64,000 bases of DNA, taken from assembly GCA_964016885.1 (NCBI GenBank), contig OZ024743.1, positions 241,676,001 through 241,740,000 of the forward strand. Direction: 5' to 3'. The position numbers and the translations under genes were made by a program. Below are positions 41,836 to 56,160 of the stretch, one piece after another. Each line of letters starts with the position of its first letter. Within the stretch, counting starts at the first letter, position 1. The notes under the pieces were generated by a model. It was not told the origin of the DNA, searched no databases, and saw only the letters and a list, made by a program, of their open reading frames with translations. The DNA is from Eledone cirrhosa (Eukaryota).

Positions 41836-42456
41836 TTTGTTGGTTCACCACTGGATAGAATTGGTCATTCCGTATGGTCAATCTTGATGTAATATTATGG
41901 AGAACGTAATGCAGCTGACCCGTCTTCATTTGTATAGTTGGTGGTGCGAATACGGAGTTAATTATTATAAATAAAATAACAGGAGGCTGGAGTTGTGTAA
42001 ATCCATGAAAGGTTTATTATACTAAGATCATTTCAATGACCGGGTTCCGTATGAATCCGGTGATATCATCAGGTATTCGAAATATAACAAAGGAACATAA
42101 CAGATAAAATCCATGGGTCCGGAAATCAATCTTCTTTTTTCTTTTTTTTTTCTCTTTGACGGAGAGGTGGTAGTACATTATAAGCCTTCGCCCCCTCACC
42201 AGATGGTCATTAGTAGACTGAGTTGCCATCACTTGAGGGCGACTGACCGAGGTGAAAGCAGCTAGTTGGTCAGTCGTCCTCTTTGTCTTTGATTTTCGGA
42301 CCCATGGATTTTATCTGTTATGTTCCTTTGTTATATTTCGAATACCTGATGATATCACCGGATTCATACGGAACCCGGTCATTGAAATGATCATAGTATA
42401 ATAAACTTTTCAAGGATTTACACCCGTCCAGCCTCCTGTTATTTTATTTATAATTA
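41833..42456 (-). mobile_element. Fold-back pLTR-like element in (TA)n with two hammerheads
   Basis: Arms 41964-42130 and 42289-42455, with an extension at 41833-41963. Confidence 0.8.
42342..42399 (+). ncRNA. Type I hammerhead ribozyme motif (mirror copy at 42019-42076 minus)
   Basis: atac-CTGATGA-tatc accgg attc atacg gaac ccggt catt-GAAA-tgatca-TA-gtat with palindromic TGATCA. Confidence 0.82.
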
Positions 42457-42517
42457 TATATATATATATATATATATATAAATATACACGAGTGTGTATG
42501 ATTGTGTATAGAAGATT

Positions 42518-42770
42518 ATATTAATAAAAGTATTCCAACGTTGTCTGATTTACCCGTTTTATTTACAATCCTTTAAAATTATAATGATATTATAATGAAA
42601 TAGTATGGTAGAATATTAAATGTTAAGTGTTAATTGAACTGTTAAGTCTTCAATTAACACTTAACATTTAATATTCTACCATACTATTTCATTATAATAT
42701 CATTATAATTTTAAAGGATTGTAAATAAAACGGGTAAATCAGACAAAGTTGGAATTCCTTTTATTAATAT
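42518..42770. repeat. AT-rich fold-back in (TA)n, no ribozyme core seen
   Basis: Arms 42518-42638 and 42649-42770. Confidence 0.85.
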
Positions 42771-43268
<498 letters not shown>

Positions 43269-43289
43269 TATATATCTATATATACACAC

Positions 43290-43349
<60 letters not shown>

Positions 43350-43356
43350 GTATAGG

Positions 43357-43387
<31 letters not shown>

Positions 43388-43395
<8 letters not shown>

Positions 43396-43565
43396 GAGCT
43401 TCTACAGGATAAGAACTGTTTCATTCGTGAGAACGTGAGAAATCATCAGAGCTCCCTGATGATTTCTCACGAGTGAAACAGTTCTAGTCCTATAGAAGCT
43501 CTTCTATATTAAAACTGTTATACTCTGCTATGTATTGAGTACCTTACTTACTGTGGTTACTTCCT
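43388..43565 (+). mobile_element. Mini fold-back made of two back-to-back hammerheads plus a 3' extension
   Basis: Plus 43449-43501 reads gagctcc-CTGATGA-tttctcacgagt-GAAA-cag..TA-gaagctc. Mirror copy at 43394-43454; axis gagctc. Confidence 0.8.
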
Positions 43566-44043
43566 ATATATATACCAGTCTACCTAATTATGTATCCATC
43601 TGTCTTTATGTCTATATGCACCTTTAACTATATGTATCATAAACGTTCTTTGTCTCAATTAGGATTTATTTATATATATTTATTTCATTTTCTTTTATTT
43701 CTCTCCTTTAACACAAACTCCCTTTCCCTGGCCTTTCCTTCTCCTTCTCCTCCACCCTCCCGTCTTTAGATATGTTCCTTCTTGTTATTCTCTTGCTTCA
43801 ATCTTTCAATTAATTTTCCTCCTACTCTTCATCATGTTTGCTTCTTTTAGTATTTTTCTGTTTTACTGGTCTTATTTAGTTATTTAATTCTTTTAAAAAG
43901 TACACACGTACACAAAAACACATACATATGTACACAAATACACACATAGATACGTACACACAAATACACACGCACATATAGTTTCTCATCTCACTCTCAC
44001 TCTCTGTCTTTGTCTCTGCCTCTTTCTCTCTCTCTCTCTCTCT

Positions 44044-44090
<47 letters not shown>

Positions 44091-44206
44091 TCTCTGTTTC
44101 TCTTTGTTGCTCACGCTCTCTCAGTCTTTGTCACTTTCTTCCTCTCTCTCGCTCGTACTTGAGCCCCTCGTTCTCTCTCTGGTTCACTCTCTCTCTCTCT
44201 GGTTCA

Positions 44207-44293
<87 letters not shown>

Positions 44294-44454
44294 TCTCTGT
44301 TTCCTTCTCTCTCTCTCTGTCTCCTTCTCTCTCTCTCTCGTTCACCCGCCAGTGTTGAAATTCATATCATGATCCTTATAATAATCTATGTATCTCATAA
44401 TTGACATAATTAAATATATTGTCAACGAAATGTCACTTCAGTTACAGACTATTG

Positions 44455-44860
44455 ATTATCACTACCACCACCACCACCACCACCACCACCACCTCCTCCA
44501 CCATCATTATTATCATCATCATTTTCATCACATTCATCGTCATCATCCTTATCACCACCACCACCAGCACCATTAATATTATCATCTTCATCATCCCCAT
44601 CGTCATCATTATCATTACTATCCTCATCACCACCACTATCACTATTATCATTACCAGCCTCATCATCATCAACATCATCATCACCATCATGACTATCTTT
44701 ATCCTCTTCATCATTATCAACATCAGCATCAGTAATATCATCATCATCATCATCACCATCCCCATCATCATGACTATCTTTATCATCATCATAATCATCA
44801 TCATCACCATCATCGTCGTAGTCGTTGTCGTAGTGGTCATCATCGTTTATCATCATTATT
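44455..44860. repeat. Degenerate (CAT/CAC)n trinucleotide tract
   Basis: Direct reading. Confidence 0.92.
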
Positions 44861-45589
44861 AATGTTGTTATTGCTGTTCTTGTTCTTGTTATTGTATTGT
44901 TCTATTGTCTAGCTCGTCATTCATGTTGCTTCTTTTGTTTTCTGTCGCTGTTGTTATAATATAATATAATTACATTCTTTTACATAATGGAATTTAATAT
45001 TGGAAACTGTGATTACTACTGCTAATGGAGGGTATGTGTGAAAAGAAATACCGCTAAACGAAGAGGTCACCTACTCCTTACTCACCTACTCCACACCATT
45101 AAAGGCCGGAATAGAGTAAACACCATTAAGAGAGAAGGTATATAAACGCTGTTATCTTGGAAAGGTATCGCGGCTGACACCATTAATTGGAAAGGTTGTC
45201 ATGTGACTATTAAACCATTAATTGTAGAACTACTTTATACGCAACAATTAACTGGGGACATAACTATAATTTAATTAACTAGAGAGGAAAGTCAACTGAA
45301 GATAACGACGGGAGTTTGGAGTAGACAAGCGTTATTACATTGAGAAGTAAACAGCCAAATGTATTTTCGATGGGGAGGCGAAAAAGATGACATTTTCCAT
45401 TGTGTGTGCTATGTGTCTCATCCGTTAATCGCATGAGACCATGGATGTACGCCTGAAAATCTTTACTTCTACCTTGTTGGCAGAGCTGCATTTGTTAGGG
45501 TTGTATATGTTTAAAGGGAAGTCAAAGTTACGGCTACCAGAACTGATTTTATAGGAACCGCCTTGTAGTCTTGTACTGCTGTTATTTCA

Positions 45590-46150
45590 TCGGTATTCGT
45601 TCTAACTCTTTACATTCTGAGTTCAAATTTCACCGAGGTTAACTTTGCCCTTCATGCTTACGGGGTCGATAAAATAAAGTACCAGTAACCCACTGGGGTC
45701 GATTTAATCGACTTTCCCATACACCAGAATTGTTGGCCTTGTGCTTGAATCAGAAACCATTATTTCATTGATATTCGTAGTGATTCTTTACATCTATATT
45801 TCAAATGCCACCGTGGTCAATTCTGCCTTTTATATTTTCGGGGTCGATAAAATAAAGTACGAATAACGTACTGGAGCCGATGTAATCAACTTTGCCTTCC
45901 CTTAAGTTGCTGGTCTTGTGCCAAAATTAGAAACCATTATTCCATCGTGTGTAAGAGTGGCAACGTATTGACAGAATCGTTAACGCTTCAGGTAAAATGC
46001 ACTGCAACATTTCGTTACAACCTTCTTGTTTCTGATTTCAAATCCCACAGAGGTCCACTTTGCTTTCATCCTTCCAGCCAATAAAATATAGTAAAATAAT
46101 GGTTTTTAGTAAAATCAACTTTTCCCTTTCACGAAAGTAGAAACATTTAT
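45590..46150 (+). mobile_element. Three tandem SINE family A copies
   Basis: ttcaaat..gtcgataaaataaagtac..agaaaccattatt repeated at about 45590, 45785 and 45965. Confidence 0.8.
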
Positions 46151-46577
46151 TTAATCGTGAGTGATTATTTTTAACTGCAAGTCTCAGCCACGCTTCTTCT
46201 TTCTTTTTTTAAAAAAACAGAACATCTACCCAGTTCCTGCCGTTAGCGAGAGCGATTGATAGAAAAATCTTCCTATTATTTAATGTTCATAAAACAAAAT
46301 GTGTTCTAGTCGTTACAATATGTACAAGTATATCTCCGGGAATCTATGCAAGATTAAAATAGGGCACGTTAATTTTTAAACAATAAAATTGTACAAATTA
46401 TATGCCACTTATCAAAATGCACGTATTGTACTGGGAATATGCTGTTCATTGCCAGTTGCAGTAAAATCAGCTGATGGATCTCTCCAAAAAGTAAAACTCA
46501 TCAAGTGTCTCTTGTGCAATACGATAACACAGGGTAGTCTGAATGACATATTAATCAATTAATTGGCTTCACTGAAA

Positions 46578-46770
46578 TAATTTGTCAAAGATTGGCACAA
46601 GACCAGCAATTTCGGGGAAGGAGAACTTAGTTATATTGACCACAGTACCTGACTGATACTTTATTTTATCAACCTCGGTAGGTTGAAAGACAAAGTTGGA
46701 TTCGGCGGAAATTGAACAAAGAATATAAAGAGGTGGACCAAATAACCTAAAGAAACTATTGGATGCTTGA
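46578..46770 (-). mobile_element. Degenerate SINE family A
   Basis: ggcacaagaccagcaattt and tactttattttatc are reverse complements of the tail and core. Confidence 0.7.
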
Positions 46771-47724
46771 ACAATTCTAATAATCCTCTCACCCATGACC
46801 AGTGAAATAATAAAGGAAAACATATTTTCTATAAAGAAGACACATAACGTATGTTTCGAATAGTTATGACAATTATCAATTCTGAATTACTTAACTCATT
46901 AAAGTAAACGTTAATATTGTTTTTAAACTTTCAATAAATTATCCAATCAAATGAATATAGATTTATATACTTTTCGATGGGAAATAATGTTGTCTCTGAT
47001 CGAGACGAGGCAAGAGTATATTTGAATACACATAAAAATGAGAAAACGCATCGCTGGAACTGCCGTTAAAACAGCTAAATGCTGTCAAAGACAGCTATGG
47101 GCAAACATGTCTCGGGGGACAGAGACCAGCGGCCAGTGGTTAACAGATAGACACTCCACAAGGTGGATGACAGCCAGATGAAATATAGAAAAATTGAAAG
47201 AGGAGGAGGACAAGAAGTGTGTTGGCACACAGAAGTAACTGGAAGAAGGAAATAAAGAAAGGTGATGTACAAGACAAATTTACATGCACACATCTCCACC
47301 CTCTTCAGCTCTGAAACCAGAAAAATTGTTTCGCACGATTTAACTTATAGTACCATTTTAAAATGCTGGATCATGCAACAGAAAAATAATTTTTTCTGAT
47401 GGAATAATGTGTGTGCATGATAAACCAAACAGCATGAGTTTGTAGATTATTAAAGGTATATTCTCTACGGAATATGTCGTCACAAAGAAAATTAGCTCAG
47501 TAACCCATAACTTGGGGGTATTAAGACAGGAAATATTGTTAAAGTTCTTAATGTCTATCGCTTCAATAACCAACAATGGCTTTGTTTCTGAATCCAGCCA
47601 AGTGATCCAGGTATTGATATACACATGTATATTCATGCACATACATACACACACACACGCACACATATATATATATATATATATACAAACACACACACAC
47701 ACACACATTTATACACACACACAG

Positions 47725-47797
<73 letters not shown>

Positions 47798-47831
47798 TTA
47801 TATACATATATAATGTATATATATGTATATA

Positions 47832-47926
<95 letters not shown>

Positions 47927-47927
<1 letters not shown>

Positions 47928-48454
47928 CTTTATATATATAAAAGCGAGGATGTGTGTGTGTCTGTGTACAACTTTGGATACCTAAGGCTTTTACAATTAC
48001 CAAATTTTCTGTGCACGTTGCACAATCGACGAAATTTTTCCAATCGACCCACGTTGAGCAATAAAAAATCGATATCAAAATTATCGGTAGCAAAATTGAT
48101 GTAAGATAACCAACTTTATTGACAATCCTTATAAAAAAAAAAGGCAGATAACCAACTTTATTGACAATCCTTATAAAGAGAGTGAGATATGGAGACCTTC
48201 GTTTTCAATTTTAAAACAACAATCATAGTCGGACGAAATTTCAGAAATATAAACATCAGATTTATTTGAAGATAAATCACTAATATTATCGTTTGTTTCT
48301 TGTTTATTCTTTGTTGCACCTTCAAAGTTAAAAAAACACTTATTGTTTTAACTTGTTTCACTATATTAAGTGTTAATTTTCGCGTTAAGATCCTAATCTC
48401 GCAATATTCTTATCATAATTTCAAAGCCCGAGCAGCACCGGGTAAGTCTGCTAG
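47927..48454 (+). mobile_element. Non-autonomous Helitron
   Basis: A|TC start, hairpin cccgagcagcaccggg at 48427-48442, CTAG|T end, no TSD. Confidence 0.78.
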
Positions 48455-48800
<346 letters not shown>

Positions 48801-49136
48801 AACCTGGTCACCAACATGATCAATACACAAAAACCAGCGATCAACAGTACAATTTAGTGCTTTGACACACATTTCGCGGGCAATACTTGATATGACACCT
48901 TGTAATCTGTCCTTCAGTTCATCGATGTCTCTAACTTTTTTGCTATACACGCGCTCATTTCCCATGTCCCATAACCAGAAGTCACAGGGTGTCAGATCAG
49001 GGGAGTGTGCAGGCCATGCCAATGGTCCACCGCGACCTATCCAACGATTTGGAAATGTTTGATCGAGAAAAACAGGAACAGTACGGGCAAAGTATAACAG
49101 AACAGAAAAGTGTAAACATAATTTTGACTCAACCTG
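48801..49136 (-). mobile_element. Internally deleted Tc1/mariner-superfamily element (DDxD transposase C-terminus plus one TIR)
   Basis: WPAHSPDLTPCDFWLW..VY..DELKDR. TIR caggttgagtca next to TA. Confidence 0.85.
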
Positions 49137-49260
49137 TATATATATATTATTGTATAAAGTGGCAAGAGGCCGGAAAGTTCAAATTCCTTTAAATTTTTTA
49201 TCCTGCAGGCACTATATCTATATATTTTTAATGACCAGTAAGGTTCCAGTGACATTATTA

Positions 49261-49455
49261 GGGGCGGTGGATTAGCACTATCGGTAGAAGGCTGGACGCC
49301 ATGCTTTGCAGCAAAGAGTTACAGCCTTTTATGGTCTGAGTCATATCCCACCGAGGTTAACTTTGCCTTTCATCCTTACGGGGTCGATAAAATAAAGTAC
49401 CAGTAATACACTGGGATAATTGCTGGCCTTGTGCCAAAAGTAGAAACAATTATTT
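49261..49455 (+). mobile_element. SINE family A
   Basis: Full-length motif set. Confidence 0.85.
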
Positions 49456-49477
49456 GGTGCATTGTTCTATCCATATC

Positions 49478-49512
<35 letters not shown>

Positions 49513-49720
49513 ACATATAGCGTTTTTTTCCATTTCAGGTAGACGCGCTACATCATCCACTTGTCTAAAAAAATATTTCATACACAAAACGCCAGCATCA
49601 ACAGTTTTCCAAGAGACAGCAACATAAATGGACCTGTTATTTTTCTCTAAAAACATTTTTTTCCAATTCCACCTCGCCTGTACCTTCAATCTTTTTCAAT
49701 CTTTCTAATTTCTCATTCTT

Positions 49721-49756
49721 TCTTCTGATGAAGGGCTAGCGTCCGAAACGTTAAGA
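49721..49756 (+). ncRNA. Minimal type I hammerhead ribozyme motif
   Basis: tctt-CTGATGA-a gggc tagc gtcc-GAAA-cg-TT-aaga with an ACGT palindrome, inside the microsatellite-flanked segment 49513-49841. Confidence 0.75.
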
Positions 49757-50508
49757 CCCTATTCCTGCTATTTCAAGCGTTAACCTAATATATTCCTTCC
49801 ATATACTGTACCGATTGCGTTGTTATTTCTGTTTATCTTTTACATACATACATATACATATACATATATATGCAACTAACTAAAAACATTCACTAACATT
49901 GAACTTAACCAATGTAATGGAAAAGATAACAATAGCAGTGATACTCGCAACACATTCACATTTGAACATAACAGAAACAATTATCGCATTACATCCACCA
50001 TAAACTCGTAATATTAATACACAAACACCTTTGCCTGATAACCTATGTTATTTTTTATGTGATACCTTTGCCATACAGTAATTATATATGCCTAGTACCA
50101 TTGCTTGTCTCTTTCCTATATATGCCTAACACATTTGCACTCTCTACACGTTTGCACATGTAGTGCTGGTGTCCTCGTTTTGCGAGTAACTTTTCTCCTT
50201 AATGCCTCTTTAATTATTCTTTTCCCTTGTGATATCTGTCGCTTGCATTCCACTCTATGCTTTTTGATTTTAATTATTGTACAATTCTCTTGTAATATAT
50301 GTCGCATCCATTCCACTCTGTAAATACGAAACTGTTGTTTTCAACATCAATATCCATGTATATACATGATTGTTCAGTTGAGTAGGAGGTTAACTATATT
50401 TACAAACATTGCTAGTGCTCCGATGAACTCATACGAAAGTTTGGAAGAAACGAATTGTCAGCAATAAAATGATTTGAACATAAATTTGATTATTGTGTAA
50501 TTTATAAA

Positions 50509-50843
50509 TATATATATATATATGAATGTATATATAGTGTATTTTGCAATACACTGTATGCTTAATAAAAAGCATTTTGAAGACCTTATGCTATTGTTTT
50601 AGAGTAGTGACAGACTCACTTACTTTAAGTTCAGCAAACAGGGGGAGATAAAACTGACAAGGCCTTGTTTCTGCATTTATTGATGCTTATCTCCCCCTGT
50701 TTGCTGAAATTAAAGTAAGTGAGTCTGTCACTACTCTAAAACAATAGCATAAGGTCTTCAAAATGCTTTTTATTAAGCATACAGTGTATTGCAAAATACA
50801 CTATATATACATTCATATATATATAGCTATTTCAGAGCAACAA

Positions 50844-50850
<7 letters not shown>
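50509..50850. repeat. Near-perfect fold-back in (TA)n; degenerate hammerhead upstream at 50416-50463
   Basis: Arms 50509-50651 and 50687-50825. Upstream tgct-ccgatga..GAAAC-gaatt-GTC-agca. Confidence 0.8.
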
Positions 50851-50930
<80 letters not shown>

Positions 50931-51756
50931 ATTGAGAGAAATCGGAACATTTTTCGACTATATACCCACAGGACACGCCCGCATGCACAAACGCATATGT
51001 ACAGTTACACAAAGTTTAATGCAGCGGAAAATACAAACATACGCATGCGTATTTGAACTGATGAATGTGCGAGTATGTGTGAATGTTTGTGCACACAGGC
51101 ATATACAATGCCAATATACAAATACCCGTTAGATTTTCGACGTATGCCTGCATGATAATTCAGACTAAAGGCGATGACCATTTATAATCTCTTTCTCTTA
51201 TTTTTCCCTCTGTATCCCCCTCCCCACCTACTTTCTCTCCCCTCTCTCTCCTCTTCATCTCTTTCGTTCTCTAAAACGTCTACTGACGTCATACCATAAT
51301 TTTTCTCTTGTTTTTCATTCAACATTTGTTTCCACCCTCAACAGACTAGACCAGACTCGCCTTGATAGATCGCTTATAGAGTTGTGATAACGTTTAATTT
51401 ACAAGATAAATAACATTTGAAAGAAGAAGACTCTTTTGGGCTAGGAGACTAATTTAATATTTGTCGATCGAGTGCAGCCATTGTAAGCTAGCTACAACAA
51501 ACACGATCAACAAGATGGCAGTCTGGAGGTATGGATGGATGGTTGCTTTTAATTTCAATTTTTTGTTGTTGTATTTTTCCCCACATCTTTCAGAAACATC
51601 TAAGCCAAACAGTCGAGTATTTCGTATTCGTCCATTTTTTCCTTCATTCTCTCTATCTTTCTTTCTTTTCTCCTTTACTTTCTTTATTTTTTTTATGTTC
51701 GCCATTTATTTTCGTCTTCCCAGAGACACGTTATGGCTCTCTCTCTCATTCTATAC

Positions 51757-51858
<102 letters not shown>

Positions 51859-51940
51859 GTGTGTGTGTGTGTATGTGTGTGTGCGTGCGTGTGTGTGTGT
51901 GTGCATGTGTGTGTGGCGGGGGTTATGTATATAGGTTCTT

Positions 51941-52033
<93 letters not shown>

Positions 52034-52285
52034 GAAGCTATCTCTTTGTAGTCCAACTCCATCTTTTCCTCGTATATACCTGTCTCTTGCTTCTCTGCTA
52101 CCAGTACAGTATTCTAATCTTCTACATCCTATTGCAATTCTCTGTATCATCAGATCCTCCTTTTCCAACATCCAGTTCTATTTTTCACATTTGTCCATGC
52201 TAAACATAAGTTTAAGCAATTCGTTCATTTAAGAAGCATTGAGAAAAATTGAAATTTGAAATGTAATCGTCTCAGCGCGAATGAC

Positions 52286-52775
52286 AATCATGGTTTCTGA
52301 TGTCAGACACAAGGCCCACACATTTGGGGGAGAGGAAAGTTGATTAAGTCGACCCAGTGCGTTATTGATACATTATTTTATAGACCCCATAAGGATGAAA
52401 GGTATAGCTAACCTCAGCGGGATTTGAACTCAAAAGGTAAAGGGCCGTAACTCTATACTGTAAAGCATATTGTCCGATGTTCTACCGATACTGCCAATAT
52501 TGTCGATCGTTATAAACAATACTTGAGAAAATCGGCTAGATTACTCTGAGACGCCACTGATGAAAGGAACTTCCACATCTTTATGCAGCCTGAATTTTTC
52601 AAATTGGTTTGTTTAGAATGTAAATGGTAATCATGTGATCTCAATGGCTATTGTTGACTTCGTTGCGAAAGGATGAATGGCAAAGTTGAACTCGATGGGA
52701 TTTGAACTCAGAGTCCAGAGAGACGGAATAAATATGACAAAGCATTCTGTCCAACGTTTCAAACGTATCAGCCAA
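52286..52775 (-). mobile_element. SINE family A copies (52286-52500 and partial 52650-52775)
   Basis: gggatttgaactca and aaggatgaa reverse-complement motifs. Confidence 0.75.
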
Positions 52776-53450
52776 TCAGATGTGAAGTACTTAAGACAAG
52801 TCTTGTGTTGATAAGAGACAGAGAGAGAGAGAAAGAAGAGAGAGTGATAGAAAAAGAGAGAGAGAGAATGAGAGAGAGAGAGTGGGTGAGTGAAAGAGAG
52901 AGAATGAGAGAGAGAGAGTGAGTGAGTGAGAGAGAGTGAGAGAGAGACCAGTGAGCACAAAGGTAAATTCGCAGACTAAGTAAATCAACGGAAAAAAATG
53001 TCTTCTACCGCATAAGTCAATTTAGCTTGTCACTCTTTCAAAGTAGATATACTAAAGTACCAGTCATGTAATAGGATCGATTTATTCGACTGCTTATCTG
53101 ACCGTACAACATGCAATGTGTCATCATGATACAGTAGAAACTAAAATCCCGTATATCTGTAGGCACTATTGACAGAAAAAGGGAAAAACTGATTGGTGTA
53201 CATTGCTGTTAGATCGTCATTTTCTCTGTGTAACATCTTATATTACTGAAAACACACACGCACACGCCCTATAATGAATTCACACACACATACGCACACA
53301 CACACACTCCCTCATTCGTCTTCTTTTTCTCTCTTTCAATAAAAGTAGACAGCATTGAAAATGATAACGAAAAAACAAAGGAAGATAAAACAGATGTAAT
53401 CTAAAAAAGCTATATTTGTCAAGATATAACGTATATTCTCGTTTTTACAG

Positions 53451-53523
53451 GTAACATTTGAAGAAAAATGGGAAACGTCTGCTATTTCAAGATAGAAAAT
53501 CGGAGCCAAAATCAGGAACATGG
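53451..53523 (+). other. Candidate host exon with start codon (MGNVCYFKIENRSQNQEHG...)
   Basis: Acceptor ttctcgtttttacag, aaaATGG at 53468, donor gg|gtacgt. No downstream exon identified. Confidence 0.3.
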
Positions 53524-53836
53524 GTACGTTAAACATTTACCACTGGCTCTACAGTTTTTCATCGTGATGTGGTTATATAATAAATCAGATGAAGAACAAT
53601 GGTGGGCGAATATAATGAAAAAGAGAAAATGAATAAGGGAGTTATGAGGAAGGAGGAGGTCGACAATGAGGAGGAGGGGGAGGAGGAGATACAATGTGAG
53701 TGTAAGACAAGCAGAGAGAACGACGCGGAAGATGTGATAATGTTATGGCTGGAACACAGATCGATAAACGGTTATTAGATTACAGATGAGAAATCAACTT
53801 AATTAGTCATTTTAAACAGGAGCCATTATTCATGTG

Positions 53837-54102
<266 letters not shown>

Positions 54103-54157
54103 TATATTAATATATATATGTATATATATATATATATATATGATATATATATTAATA

Positions 54158-54242
<85 letters not shown>

Positions 54243-54297
54243 ATATATATATATATTTATATATATATATATAATATATATATATATGTACACACAT

Positions 54298-54344
<47 letters not shown>

Positions 54345-54358
54345 CACACATATGTATC

Positions 54359-54417
<59 letters not shown>

Positions 54418-54949
54418 TATATGCTTATTTATATTATATATAAAGTTATATATAGAAATAGGTATGGATAAATGTATCTAGGTATGTATGTATTACCAAC
54501 ATGCTTTTAGCCTCGTCGTATGAGTAGGCCCTTGTCTAAACTATCGATCTTTCTTTCTCTGTCTTGGTCTCTCATCGTCGCTACCTCCATCTCTTTCTCT
54601 ATCTACCTATCTATTTATCTATCGATCTTTCTCCCCTTCACTCCCTACCTTTTCTTTCTCGCTCGCTCTCTCTTACTCACCGACTCTCTCATCGTCTCAC
54701 TCAATGTCACTCACCCTCTCAATCCTCCCCTCTCTCTCTCTCCCTCTCTCTCCATATATATATATCTCTCTCTCAGCCCCTTATCAAAAGGAATAGTGGA
54801 AGCCTAAGCAATGCATTGTATAAATATAATGAAACCAGTTTCCCAGTTTTTCTGGAAGTAAGAAAAGAATTCTGTTAAATACAGTTTAAAACACAGCTCA
54901 ACCTTCTCAACGGTATTTGTGCGTATATGTATGCATGTGTGTGTATGTG

Positions 54950-55057
<108 letters not shown>

Positions 55058-55094
55058 TATATATGTATACATGTATATATATATATATATATGT

Positions 55095-55154
<60 letters not shown>

Positions 55155-56098
55155 ATATATATATATGTGTGTGTGTGTGTTTGTGTGTACGAATGTATGG
55201 TTGTGCGTATTTTTTAGCGTATGTAAATGTGTGAACAAGGAAGAGCAAAGGCGATATTAACGTGAACAAACCATTAACAGAAACCGGCGGAGTCTGTAAG
55301 GTTTTGATAAAAAGATCTATAGCTGAGGTTAGATAACAGCGCGCTGTCCTTTAATGAATTTTACATCATCTCTCTTGGATTGCTAGACGGGGAAGAGGTT
55401 AAGTTATCTACAAAACTTCTAAGGTCTATCAATGAACTAGAACAACCTTACTTCTACAATAGCTCTTTACCTAAATGTATTTATGAGGGCAACACTTTAA
55501 TATACATAAATAGTATGATGTAACATGTGTTTAGGGTTATTGGCGTGTGTGTATGTGTGTGTGTGTGTGTGTGTCTGTCTGTCTGTGTGTGTATGTATGT
55601 GTGTGTGTACGTGCGTGTGTGTTATGTGTGTGTCTGTCTGTCTGTGTATGTATGTGTATGTGTGTACGTGCTTGTGTGTTATGTGTGTGTGTGTGTGTGT
55701 GCAAATGTTATTATGAGCGTGTGCAACACATTTTTTTAATGTGTTTATGCGTGTGTATACATTAAGTATATCCTGGCACGAACACACACAAATATAAACA
55801 GTCACACACACACACACACACACGCATACTCACACACACACATACACATACACATACTCACACACACACAAATATAAACACTCACACACACACATACACA
55901 CACACATACACACACACACACATACACATACTTTTCTTCTGAGAGTGAAAAGAAAAAATCTTCAGATCTTCTCCTAGCAAGGTCATACCTAAATAAATCT
56001 CCTTACAGTTCCATATATGGAATTAAACGATGTTTTGTTAAGTGTAGCTTGTTTAAACATACATATATACATACATGCATACATACATACATACATAC

Positions 56099-56129
<31 letters not shown>

Positions 56130-56160
56130 CATACATACATACATACATACATACATACAT

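Noticed and set aside
44388-44862. Poly-Asp, poly-Met and poly-Ile ORFs
   Set aside because: Open in several frames and strands because of a (CAT)n tract; no splice or domain support.
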